NCBI GenBank assembly: GCA_028023455.1
Contig: JAQFVV010000001.1
Location: 24,862,001-24,926,000 of the forward strand
Length of the DNA: 64,000 nt
Direction of reading: 5' to 3'
DNA from: Epiperipatus broadwayi
Taxonomy: Eukaryota; Animalia; Onychophora
Position numbers and translations under genes: made by a program. Every line of letters starts with the position of its first letter. The first letter of the stretch is position 1. Positions 13,948 through 26,294 of the stretch are shown here, piece after piece. The notes beneath the pieces are model-generated. The model was not told where the DNA came from. It was given only the letters and a program-made list of their open reading frames with translations, and made no database searches.

Positions 13948-16223
13948 TGTAACGGTCACGCAGTTTCCCACATCTACTTTTTTTCAAATTATTTTATATA
14001 TATTTTGAACCTTTAGTGCTTTTATACTTATGATCAGACTGAGACTGCACAAATGTACAAATCTCAAATCATTTTTCCTGATCACAGCACCCCTCCATCA
14101 CTGCTGGGACTATACCACTCCTCCAAAGGCAATTTATATTTTTCGAGATAAATCTCGGGCGCTATCTGGCCATATAAACTTTATATAACCGGAATGCCCT
14201 GGACGAAAGGGACAGCAGAACTCAGTGCTTGAAAAATAACCCAGACTAACTGCAACACTATGAGATGGGACCCAGCATATGAATCAAGAACACATATCAG
14301 ACTTGTCCAATTTTTTTTACTCATGGAGATGTAGGTAAAGGGAAAAGAACAGACCAAGTATTTTTGAGCAAATACTTTTTATTCCTATACACATATACAC
14401 AAATATGTTAATATTTCCATTACACATTTATTTACCACTTCTAAAAAAAACCCATATAATTATAATTAATAAACAAAAATAAATATGGGTTAGTAAGATC
14501 TAATTTAGCTCATACTTCTTCAATTATGTAATTCTAACATTGATAATCTCAATAGTCCTTCCTTCATATTAGTTTATTTATATCTAATAATGTCTAGATA
14601 TTTACCCATAAAGTTGAATATATTTACTTAGATTTTAACTTGGATATGACATTATATTTATTTATAATGATTTTGGATGATCATCCCTTTATGGTCTGTA
14701 AGCTTCTAAGTTTACGATGCTCCTTTCATTCTTTGTGGCTGACCATTTAGTCATCAGTTTCGGTTCCTTTTTCATTTTCCAGAATTTTGGAATGACAATA
14801 AGAGAGACTATAATGGCAGAATCCTTCATTACAGGTGAGGCATTGATGGCAGGATAGAGAGACTGATGGTGACTGAGACTGGGAACGAAGCTCAGACGGG
14901 CATTCCTCTGGTTTTCTTGGCAGCACATGATGTTATTTAGTCAATTATTAATTTTACAGCCATCCCTTCTTAATAAACTGCAGTCTTTTGCTTCTTGGTC
15001 TCCTCTAAGACTGTCTATGATGAACTGCAAAAATAACTGCTAAAGTCAAACTTATACTCCGAGCAATTGTTACCAGCAGATTAAGGAATTTCGCTCTCTC
15101 TTAACTTGAAAACAAAAATTTAACTAACCCTTAAACTATCAAGTCTGTCATTTTTATAGACTCCCCTCCCTCCTATTGTTCACTTTTATTCATTTTTGCT
15201 TTTTGGTTTTTTTTTAACTTAAATGTTTAATCTTCTCTTCTTTTAGATTAATGTACTATCTTATCAGCCAGGAATTTTCCAAAATTTAATTGCTTTTCTG
15301 CTGATGAAATAGTTTACAAAGGTTACTTGTCATTAATTATTTTATTGTTCTATTTCTAACTTGAATTACATTTTATTTGCATTTATTTCAATCACCATTA
15401 TTTCAATTTAAGTTGTAATCTTGTATTAAGATTTGTAGAGGTCGCTCTCATGGTAAAATTAAGCACTCAAGGCGCATATTATTAAGGTTAAAGCCTTATA
15501 TGTATTTATGTTCTGACCATGTGCTTAATAAGAATTAATGTTTACAACTTTAAATTGATTTGAAATTTTTTTAATTATAAGATGCAAATATTAACTCACT
15601 TTGAATCGAAAAATTTCACAAATGTTGATTTCTAAATGAGGTAGTGGACTTAATTAATGAAGAACTTACTAGCTTCACACTCTCAAATCAAAATGCTTTA
15701 GATTTGCCTATATAATTAGAAAGTAGGTTGAAGATAAGATGGCCACTCTTATCTTTATAAAGTCGTAATCTTGTGTTAAAATTTGTAGAGGTCATTCTCG
15801 TGGTAAAATTAAGCACTCAAGGCGCATAGTATTAAGGTTAAAGCCTTATATGTACTTATGTTTGGACATTATATCCTATTTCTTTTTCTTTCTACAACAT
15901 TAATTCTTTCTTAGAATTCTATTATTAAAGATAAAAAGAAGAGAGCGGGTTCTCAAATTTAATTTAAAACTTAAATCAGATTTTCTTTTTCCCATCCTTG
16001 CAATTCAATTAAAAAAACTACTAATTTTTTTTCCTTGCTCTTATCATATCGATCTACTTGGTATTGTATTTTAAGTATAAATATGACTTATATTTTACTT
16101 GTTAAATTCTTCTCTTTCATTTACTTAAGCTTTTTTTTTTTTTTCATTTCAACAAACTATAAACAAGTACATGTAAGACATATATATAGATGACTGTTAC
16201 ACAATATATATGAGAGCATTATA
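13948..16223 (-). repeat. 3' LTR of Gypsy element A (contains a secondary MITE insertion)
   Basis: Colinear with 18838-20608 apart from indels; preceded on the minus strand by the PPT. Confidence 0.85.
15410..15855. mobile_element. Harbinger-like MITE sequence inserted in LTR A (two right-end halves in direct orientation with internal sequence between)
   Basis: Absent from the sister LTR. gtaatcttgtgttaa..ttaaggttaaagcctt occurs at 15415-15500 and 15765-15850 and matches the TIR of 12861-13022. Confidence 0.55.
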
Positions 16224-18837
16224 TCATACCCCTTGCGGTTTGAGAGGTAAAAGGGTGTCCATTGTATTTTGACCTATTTTAGCTCTAATGGTTGAACTTA
16301 TCCCCCCCCCCTTTTTTTTTTTTTTTGTTATATCCATCTCACTACTGATCGAACATGATAAAATCGCAGAGAGTGACCATTTTTTTAGATTCTGCCTTAC
16401 TTTCTATGGCCAGTTTTGTGCTGATCAAACCTAATTTAATTTCTTTTGTTAAGACCTCACAGGGACAAATTTCATCAACTGTGGATGCGGAATGTAGGAT
16501 TTGGATACTGTGCGAATGGCAGGACAATTCTATTGCCCATTCGACTTATGCTAAATTTCACTAATATTAATAAGCTGGGGATTTCTTTTCCAGCGTGTTT
16601 AATGGGCCTAGAACTTTCTCTACTGGATCTTCATTTTTAAAATATAACTGAATGCCCTTGATTATTGACAGGTCTATTTTTTCCAGTGAAACAGTTTAAA
16701 ACAAACATATACTGTGACCACAAATCTATCAACATTTTTTCATGGATGCACGCCCCTCAAATAACTATTAATTCTCACACAACCATCATTTATATATGGT
16801 TTATTATTTATTTATTTGGTCACTTTATGCTGCCTTATTGGCAATTGTAAGCAGGGTTAGTTTCTTACCTTTCTATTACTTAGTATTATTCCTATGTAGT
16901 TTTATTACTTTTCTTTTATGGTTATTATTATTCATTTAATATTATTTCTTTTCTTAAGCTTGGCTGCACTTTTTTCGCAAACTGACAAGTGGTTAATTTT
17001 CTACATTTTCCATCCTGAGTATGATTATTTTATTTCTTTCTTATGAATTTATTTGTTAGTTTGTTTGACATATGATGCTGCCTTATTTTTAGCAGTCTCT
17101 TCTCTTTTTTTTTTCTTTATTTAAATTTTTAATTTTCACTTCGCTTTTTCAAAGTCCGAGATTGAGATTTGTTTTTTTTCTTTTTTTTTTTTTTTTATTG
17201 CCGGAGCGTCCATCTAAATTGTTGTAACTCATTTAATTTTTATCAAGAGGTTCTTTTTGGCTTTTTATGTATCCACTCATGCTGGGATCTACCCCTGGGC
17301 ATAACCTGATGTTCCAGGTGGTTGACATTACTGCCAGTATGTCTGTCTATTCTTGATCAGCTTGGACTGCCCGAATCCCATGCTTTGTAAGGGTTTGAAT
17401 CCCCCTTTCGTTTGCTTGTAGCTTGGCCTCGCACTGTCAAATCCAGCTAATAACTCCGCCACTTGCTCGACTGTCTTCTGCTCTGTACCTATAAGCATTT
17501 GTTTACATTCAGGGAAAAGTTATCCCATAGATTATGTATAATTTGTTGTTCGGATAGTGGGTTTGCCATTAGTGCCATCAACTTTGCTAATTGGTGATGA
17601 AAGAATGGGGTAAATGGCTCACCAGGATGCCATCTGTCTTGGACCTGGTGCTTTATGCTCACTTGGTATTTCTCGCCCCACTAATTATTACGCAGAGCAA
17701 TTTTATATTCATCAAACGTAGTCTGTTTTAAAAACAGTGAATCCCAACAAACCTGGGATGTGCTTTGCAAATGACTGCAAGCAATTTCTAGCTTAGCTAC
17801 CTCACTTATCGTGTTTAATGTGAAATATCACTTCAAGTTTCACTAGTGTTCCGTTGAGGATTCTCCCACCTGACCAGAAAACATACAAATTGGTTTACAA
17901 TCGCCAGATTATTTTGGTACAATGGGCTTAATCACCCTCACGGTTGGACAAATCAATCCCCCTACTTTCTTTTCCCCAACATTTGAATTCTATTTGCTCT
18001 TTCCTCTCTACTATATTATTAGTTTCTACTCAGAATTTCTATTACTTTTTCATTTTCTTCTTTATTGTGTATTATCTATTCTCGTAACATGCTCCTTTCC
18101 TGTACTATTTTTATGTCTTGTATTTTTTTATTTGTTACCTCTAACCACTTTCTACTCGCTCCATATTTTCACTGATTTCTAATCTAACTTCATATTTTAA
18201 TATATTCCATCTAGAATGAATTTTTTTCTCTTACTTTTTGGTTGCCCTTGCCTGGCTTTTCGTTTGCTCCATTATTTTATTTAATATATTCATTATATCC
18301 TTATTTTCTACCTTGTTCTTTTCTACCTTACTTTTAACTTCCTGTTCTTTAATTTCACTTTGTGATTTTTCTATCTTCATTTTTGTTTTAGATTGCATCT
18401 GCATTTATTTTGCTATCTTTTTTTTCTCTACTAATGCTTTGTGCTTATTTACTTCTCTGCTTTATTTGAATTCAAATGAAAAGTCCATCTGACTTCAAAT
18501 CTCTTGGTCCTCTGCCCTGCTAATTTATCTAAAATCCCTACCACAATAATAAACAAATCTAAAAAAAAATTTCTTTATTTCTTTGCCCACACTTTTTTGC
18601 TCTCTCCTTTTTATTTACATTCCAATCTTATTGATATTTGTTAATTTTTTTTTTATTATTATTATTATATATACTTTGGTCATCTCCCCTATTACACAGC
18701 TCACCAACTTCAGTTTTTATATATATATTTTCTTTAATTACACCTCTTAGGTGTTTATAGTAATTGGATCTTTGAACAATATTATTTATCTACATTGGAC
18801 CATTATGGCATATGGGCACTTCTCATTGAATGACATA

Positions 18838-20608
18838 TGTAACGTCGTGAAGTTTTTCCACGTTTTTTTTTTTTCAAATTATTTTATATATATTTTGAAT
18901 CTTTATTGCTTTTATGCTTTTCCATTAAATATAGTGTTGAATTGGTTTAATTGATTTGCTTAATAGATATAGTTTTGTATACATATTAATTATTTATAAA
19001 TTTGAAACTGTTTCGACAACCCTTTGATCATATAGTCAAGCAGAGAGGTAGAATATTACTGATAGATTAACTAAATTCTATCTATGATCAGACTGAGATT
19101 GCACAAACGTCCAAATCTCGATCATTTTTCCTGATCACAGGACCCCAAACTGTTGGGACTACGCCACTCTTCCAAAGGCAATTTATTTTTTTCGAGATAA
19201 ATCTCAGGTGCCATCCAGCCATATAAACTTTATAAAACTGGAATGTTTTGGACGAAAGATACAGAGGAATCTAGCACTCGAAAAATAACCCAGACTAGTT
19301 CCAACACTTTGAGACAGGGGATCCAGCACATAAATCAAGAACACATATCAAACTTGCCCAATTTTTTTTTTTTAGTCATGAAGATGCAGGTAAAGAAAAA
19401 AAGAACAATCCAAGTAATCTTGAGAAAATACTTTTTATTTCTATACACATGTACACAAGTATGTTAATATTTCCATTACACATATATTTACCACTAAAAT
19501 ATATATATATATATAATAATAATTAATAAATAGGATTAGTAAGATATAATTTATTGCATACTTCTTCAATTATGTAATTCTAATATTGATAATCTCAATA
19601 GTTCTTCCTTCATATTAATTCATTTATACCTGATAATGTCTAGATATTTACCAATAAAGTTCAATATATTTACCCATGTTTTAACTTGAATATGATGTTA
19701 TATCTATTTATGACCATTTTGGATGATCATCTCTTCATGGTCTATGGGCTTCTAAGTTCACAAGCTCTTTTCATTATTCATGGCTGGCCATTTGGTCATC
19801 AGCTTCGGTAACAAGAGTTTTTCATTTCAGGTGAGGCATTGATGGCAGGAGAGAGAGATTGATGATGACGGAGACCGAGAATGAAGTCTAGTTGGGCACT
19901 CATGTAGTTTTCTTCACAGTACATGATGTTATTTAGTCAATTATTAATTTTATATTCTATTGCATCCCTTCTTAATAAATTGCAGTTGTCTGCTTCTCTC
20001 AGACTTTCTGTGAACTTCAGAAATAACTCTGATAAACTATCTTATCTTCTTTTAGATTAATCTACTATCTTGTCAGCCAGGAACTTTCCAAAATTTAATT
20101 GCATTTCTGCCAATGAGATAGTTTACAAAGATTACTTGTTATTAATTATTTTATTGTTCTATTTCTAATTTGAATTACATTTTATTTCAATTTACTTCAT
20201 TCATCAGTATTTCAATTTACATTATGTTTTGACATTATATCCTATTTCTTTTTCTTTCTACAACATTAATTCTTTTTTGAAATTCTATTATTAAAGATTA
20301 AAAGAAAAGAGTGGGTTGTGAATTTTAATTTAAAACTTAAATCAGATTTTCTTTCTCCATCCTTACAATTCAGTTAAAAAAACTATTAATTTTCTTTCCT
20401 TGTTCTTAACTTATCCATCTACTTGCTACTCTTAGTTTATATTACTGTATTTTAAGTATAAATATGACTTATGTTTTACTTCATAAATTCTTCTCTTTCA
20501 TTTACTTACCTTTTTTTTTTTTTCATTTTGACGAACTGCAAACAAGTACATGTAATGCATGTATATATACATGAGTGTTACACTATATATATATATGAGA
20601 GCATTACA
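18838..20608 (-). repeat. 5' LTR of Gypsy element A
   Basis: TGTAAC...GCATTACA; homologous to 13948-16223. Confidence 0.85.
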
Positions 20609-21582
20609 ATATATAGCAAGTTCAATCATGCAAGTTTGCTTTGATGGTCAGGAGATTCTCAATGAAATTAAACTATTTATTCTACAGTTATTATTTGTTA
20701 AAGTTAAACTAGTGATTGCAATTCAGCAGACTGTAATTGACTTCTCTAAGAATTAATTAACATTCAAAACGTTTTTAAAATGTCTTTATTTATAGGGAAT
20801 GATTTTAGTTCATTGTAGATTTATTTTATTGAATCCTAATCTGTTTTAAATTTTATAAAGTGTAAGCAAGTCTGTATTCCTAATTAATAATTAATAGTTA
20901 TATTCCTACCGCCAAAGATCTCATCTATGGCAGCTTAAGTGAGAATTTGTACCTAAGAAACTTGGTTGAAATCTCTTCTAAATTGGATGCCTTACATAGA
21001 AATAAACTATTGAAAATCAAATACAGAGAATTGTTTACAAATTTTTTTACTGGAAACTTAGAAATTGGTCTGGACAAAAAATTCTAGTGGTATTGAAGAT
21101 TCTGCAAATATTAGTGCTAGATAACAAATGTATCACAAGTATACAATATTTATGCTGCCTATCTGACAGTCTTTTTGAATTTTGCATATCATTTTGCTTT
21201 AGAAATATAAATATACCTTTATGAAATAAATTGTCATTTAAATACACTTTTATTTGCTTATACAACAATTCATTTTTTTGGTAATCTAAGATTAATTTGA
21301 TTCAGCTTATAAAAGTGTAAATTAACTAACCACCATCTTTCTACTAAGATTTGCATTTTTTCTATATTGTTCATATTTATCTGAAGATGTCAAAAAGATG
21401 GATCCATGTTTCATAAAATTTATTATACTTAAATATACAATATAATTGTTGAAGTTTCCATATATATATTTACAAGCTTTTCTTATAGATGTTTTAAATT
21501 CTTATCAACCCAAGGCTTTTGTTTTAAATAAAAATAATATAATAACAAGGTTTATTGAATAATGTTTTTTGAATATTTAAAG

Positions 21583-21644
21583 GATACTTCATAGAAATGG
21601 TTATGATTTAGTCAATTTGGACAGCATGGAGATAAGATTTCAAG
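21583..21644 (+). CDS. Candidate upstream TAF1B exon with a GC donor (ILHRNGYDLVNLDSMEIRFQ)
   Basis: Acceptor ttaaag and donor AAG/GCAAGT. Ends in phase 1, which joins in frame to the 22598 exon. No recognisable homology, so tentative. Confidence 0.3.
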
Positions 21645-22597
21645 GCAAGTTGAATACAGAAGAATACTGATTTATTGAGAATTGTATAATGATGAATACT
21701 AAAAATAAAATATTAGAAATAGTGAATTCTAATAAATTGTATGGTTAACTCATTTTTTTTAAAAAGAAAAAAATAGATGGATATAAATAATTATAAAAAA
21801 AAAATCTAACTGGCATTTAGTCTTAAGAGATCACATATGGAAATTGAAACAAAATTTTTTAAAAGAATAAGTAAAAACAGACTTTCTATGACAATTAATT
21901 TAAAAATAATTATGAAATTACAACTTTTTGGGTTATGCTCATTAAATAATCATTTTTATAACAGATAAAACTTTATTGAAGAACTACTGAGATAATAGAA
22001 GTTAAAATGTAAAGCCACAATAAAAATTCATTATTAACTACTTGTATTTTAATTTTCTATGGTGTTTGTGTAAATATGTATTTTTGGTAAAATTAGACCT
22101 AAAATATAAATAGCACAATTATTGTATTATAGACATCAAATGTTTTATTAGTTTTCAATAGGCAACAACTTTTTCATGAATGGATTGTGACCATTAAATA
22201 TATTTCTATTAGTTTTTTATAGTTGGTGTTCGTTTTTTTTCTTTGATATAAATATTTATATTCTGTTTGTGAAAATGATTTTTTTTTTTTAAATTAAAGC
22301 AAAAAACATTTAAGATTTATGATTTTAATAATTGATTATGCATAATAAAGAATATAGAAACATTTTTATTAAGAGCTTTTAGTGATCAAATGTAATAAAT
22401 TTATCATTTAAATATATGTATTTTTTGCACCCATTGTTGATAAAAATGATTATCAAAAATACTTATAAATCTGGATGGCATGTTATATATTTTTTTTCTT
22501 GTTGTACTTTATACTAAATCTTGAATATTGTTGTTATAAAATTATAATCATGATAAAAATTTTAATTTTTTTTAATGTGAAATGATTTATTTTTTAG

Positions 22598-22704
22598 TTG
22601 AAACTGAAGTTGGTCGTGTTTGGAATACTTATGAAGGCTTTAATATAATTCTTTGTGAACAAGTTAAAACTCTAATAAAGTTAGGAGCACCTAAACAACT
22701 AAAG
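22598..22704 (+). CDS. TAF1B: TAF1B (RNA Pol I SL1/Rrn7 subunit) coding exon: ETEVGRVWNTYEGFNIILCEQVKTLIKLGAPKQLK
   Basis: tttttag acceptor and AAG/gtattt donor. The peptide aligns with the recalled human TAF1B [28 protein letters not shown] and continues in frame into the 46368 exon. Confidence 0.85.
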
Positions 22705-22848
22705 GTATTTAATTTATGATAATTGAAATATTTTTGCAGAGTTTAATATATTATTTTAAGATATATTTATAAATAATATATAAACATTTATGTTCAATTT
22801 ATTTATATATATATATATTTTTAATAAATATTTAAAAAAGCACTCTTA

Positions 22849-23744
22849 TATAATTACGATAGAATGACAGCCTGTTAAGCTAATTGCGCAGACGCTGTGA
22901 GAATGTTATTAATAAATGAATACCTTCGAACAACCACATGATATAGTATTTGTGTAAGAGTAAAAAGGAATCCTCTTACCCTTACGACTCAAATGTTTAT
23001 ATATGAGCAAATCTAAAGTAGTTGTAACGAAGGCGTAACTACATAATAGTCACTTTAAATTACTATATATAATGTCTGTATGAATGACGCCGATGAAATT
23101 TTCTAGAATTTACTGAACGCCACTCTAAACGAAACTAAATCATATACATGGATAAGCATTTATTTTATAACGTCTTGCGTGCGATTATAATTACGATAGA
23201 ATGACAGTCTGTTAAGCTAATTGCGCAGACGCTGTGAGAATGTTATTAATAAATGAATACCTTCGAACAACCACATGATATAGTATTTGTGTAAGAGTAA
23301 AAAGGAATCCTCTTACCCTTACGACTCAAATGTTTATATATGAGCAAATCTAAAGTAGTTGTAACGAAGGCATAACTACATAATAGTCACTTTAAATTAC
23401 TATATATAATGTCTGTATGAATGACGCCGATGAAATTTTCTAGAATTTACTGAACGCCACTCTAAACGAAACTAAATCATATACATGGATAAGCATTTAT
23501 TTTATAACGTCTTGCGTGCGATTATAATTACGATAGAATGACAGCCTGTTAAGCTAATTGCGTCGTAAGGGTAAGAGGATTCCTTTTTACTCTTACACAA
23601 ATACTATATCATGTGGTTGTTCGAAGGTATTCATTTATTAATAACATTCTCACAGCGTCTGCGCAATTAGCTTAACAGGCTGTCATTCTATCGTAATTAT
23701 AATCGCATGCAAGACGTTATAAAATAAATGCTTATCCATGTATA
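22849..23744. repeat. Young 337-bp tandem repeat (2 full units plus a partial third) ending in an inverted 183-bp partial unit
   Basis: taattacgat recurs at 22851, 23188 and 23525 (period 337). Copies differ by only a few transitions. 23562-23744 is the reverse complement of unit sequence. Confidence 0.95.
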
Positions 23745-24299
23745 AAAGCTTATATAGTCAATATCACCCAGATTTTATAGAAAGTGTTTTGTTTTTTTAA
23801 AATAAATAAATATTTTAAGTGAATGAGCACAAGAATGTTACAGTAATAATGTTTGAGTACTGAACTCAAAATGTAATACTTGGTAGTAAATTTTTGGTCT
23901 AGATTAACCATCAATTAGCAAAATAAGCACATGATTAAAGCATAAGTGGAAGTAGATTAATTTTTCCTTTATCTATTTTACCCAAACTCTTTTACTGCTA
24001 CAATAAGTAGTGAGAAGTGTTGGGTCTTCGAAATGCAAGCACTCAGAATATCAACAAATAAAATGATAAATAATAACCACAAATAAATGATGAAAGGTAA
24101 TTAATAGCAAAAAGTTATCACTACACACAAACACAATATATATACAGTTCACTTTTGGTTCACTTCTCATGATGCACTTCACAACTGTCTGCTTCCTGTA
24201 CGGTTTCCCAAAATCTTTGGCCTGGTTCTGCTGCTGCTCACGAACACATTTTGACTTCGCACTAGAGCGCTGCACTGCCACTTAAGCTTGGCACTCGTT

Positions 24300-24430
24300 C
24301 ATTTGGTAAATTCACTAGAAATGAGAATCACGTACTTTGTTGTTCAAACTATTTATATCTGCCTTTTGGACTCGGGCAATCCAGGTTTCATTCTTGACCG
24401 TTATCAGTCTTGCATTTCCCATTAGTGTTT
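24300..24430 (+). mobile_element. Degenerate tRNA-derived SINE-like fragment
   Basis: ctgccttttggactcgggcaatccaggtttcattcttgacc resembles a CpG-decayed anticodon/T-arm with a B-box. Confidence 0.3.
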
Positions 24431-24673
24431 TTAATCAGTGATTTCAATTTCCATTGTATCAAGAAATATTTTTAATTAACAAATATTTCTTAGCAATTAT
24501 CAAATGCAATTTTTTAATAGCAAATACGTAAATATTTTCCATTGTTACACTCCACGCAAATTTAATCACTAACTAAATCCTTATCAGTTATCGATCTAAA
24601 ATATATTTCTCTAATATATTTTCTTTATTTTTTCTGGAATTTCTATATACATTTTTTAGAAGAAATATTATGC

Positions 24674-26294
24674 TGTGTCCCTAACTATAACTCGGCGACC
24701 AGCAAATAAATATACAATAACACTAGACAGAATAACAGTACATATATATTTAGTAATAATAATTTATTAACAATTAGGAAAAAGAATTCCTGTACTGATC
24801 TTTAACACACATATAAAGTCTGAATTTGAGTGAGCTTAATTCACAGGTTAATTACTGAATAGCAACTAATGATTATAAAGTTAAGGTAAGCTATTATTCC
24901 CTTTACCTTCACTAATGTCTGTAGTCTTTATAACACAACCCTCGATGAGCCTCTTGAGGCGTTTCAAAATAATAATAAGACCGAAACGGTTTGTTAAAAG
25001 CACTAGTCGGATTAGTGACCACCTTCCCTATTTTCTTGCATAGGTAATTCACTTTTGCCATTCCAGTTACTTTCCTGTTTGCAAATACGTGCTAAGTGCC
25101 TCTTTTTCTCACATTTAAAGCATGACTCTTTAACCACCTATAGTCTTTTGATATGTGGCCTTTTTTACCAGAACAAAAACATGTTACTCTAATATTCCTA
25201 CACTTTTTCAGTTTTCATCCCTCTTAGTGCTAAAAACCTGAGTCTGTTCAAGTATTAATTCATAAGCTATACCTGTTTTTATGGCATCTCATGCATAATC
25301 TCGGTTTCCATGAGAAATTGTTATCTGAGCCTATTGTCAGACATTTTCCATAGTGATTGGTCCATGAGTATTTCAACCACGAACTAACCATACCCACAAC
25401 CTTTGGTCAATTCTCTAAGAGCTGCGTTATACTCTTTAATTTTTTCACCCTCTAGCTGCTTCCTTCTTCGTAAGGTTAGGCGAGCTATATGCAGTGACAG
25501 ATGAGGGCTAAAATGATTGCCTAATTTCTCAATAAGATTCTCATACTTTATTTTCTCAGTTATAGGCAAGTCAAATAATATATTTACAACTTCTATCACT
25601 TTAATACCAGTGAAGCACATAAGTGCAGCTTCCTTTTGTTATCTTCAATACTGTTTAATGTAAAGAAGTTTTGTAACTGCTTAATATAAAACAGCCATTC
25701 AGACACATTGCTGACCTCAAATTCAAGTATGCATTTCTGCCCAAAAGCAGTCATGACTGATTAACTGAACAATTAGCCTTACTACTAACTTTAATGGCTA
25801 TAATTCTGTACTTTTCTCCCTAAGTTCGAAAACCTGACTGCCAGAAGCTTACTAATGGCTTAAACTCTTTCATATCTCCCTAGTTTCGAACAACAGTGAC
25901 TGCCAATAATTTGGCTTTTTAAAAAGCTTTTTTGCTATTCACAGGTTCAATGCGACTGTGCCAATAATTTTGTGTGTTCCCAACTATGACTGGAGACCAG
26001 CAAACAAATATACAATAAAACTCGACAGAATAACAGCACATATAGATTTAGCAATTTATTAACAATTAGGAAAAAGAATTACTATACTGATCTTTAACAA
26101 ACATTTAAAGCCCGCATTTGAGCAAGTTTAATTCACAGATTAATTACTGAATAGCAAATAATGATTATAAAGTTAAGGTAAGCTATTATTCATTTTACAT
26201 TCACTAATCTCTATAGTCTTTATAACGAGGTATTTCAAAATAATAATAAGACTGAGGCGGTCTGTTAAAAGCACTAGTCCGCTAGTGACCTACA
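24674..26294 (-). mobile_element. Internally deleted Gypsy LTR element C (two 320-350-bp LTRs plus gag fragment)
   Basis: Direct repeats 24674-25021 and 25973-26294 (TGTG...TACA). Minus-strand PPT gaaaatagggaagg abuts the left LTR. Gag-like ORF 25384-25620 (KLGNHFSP..IARLTLRRRKQLEGEKIKEYNAALRELTKGCGY). Confidence 0.75.

Larger units (their letters stand above)
13948..20608 (-). mobile_element. Ty3/Gypsy LTR retrotransposon A: two long LTRs, gag remnant, no pol (non-autonomous)
   Basis: Direct repeats 13948-16223 and 18838-20608 with TGTAAC..CATTACA ends (the left copy ends CATTATA), and a 4-bp ATAT TSD on both flanks. A minus-strand polypurine tract lies at about 16225-16235, and the adjoining sequence is homologous to the same region of element B (32555-32610). 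The minus-strand gag remnant FFHHQLAKLMALMANPLSEQQIIHNL matches the element B gag FFRRQVAKLRAITAYPLLEQQIMRIV. Confidence 0.85.

Noticed and set aside
20880-21070. Open frame YIPTAKDLIYGSLSENLYLRNLVEISSKLDALHRNKLLKI as a TAF1B exon
   Set aside because: No convincing splice sites and no TAF1B similarity; more likely a decayed TE fragment.
23080-23150. CCGATGA...CGAAAC...TC in the 337-bp unit as a hammerhead
   Set aside because: U4 is replaced, and stems I and III do not pair at the required junctions.
22849-23744. 337-bp array as a CRISPR array, NUMT or rRNA/snRNA gene
   Set aside because: The units are identical tandem copies with no spacers in a eukaryotic context, and I could not match any rRNA, mitochondrial or Sm-site motif.
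24930-25000. Hammerhead-like CTCGATGA-GCCTC/GAGGC ... GAAAC in the left LTR of Gypsy C
   Set aside because: The core has an extra base and 22 nt separate stem II from GAAA. GAAAC is simply the loop of an AGACCG/CGGT(C/T)T hairpin, and the sister LTR lacks the motif.
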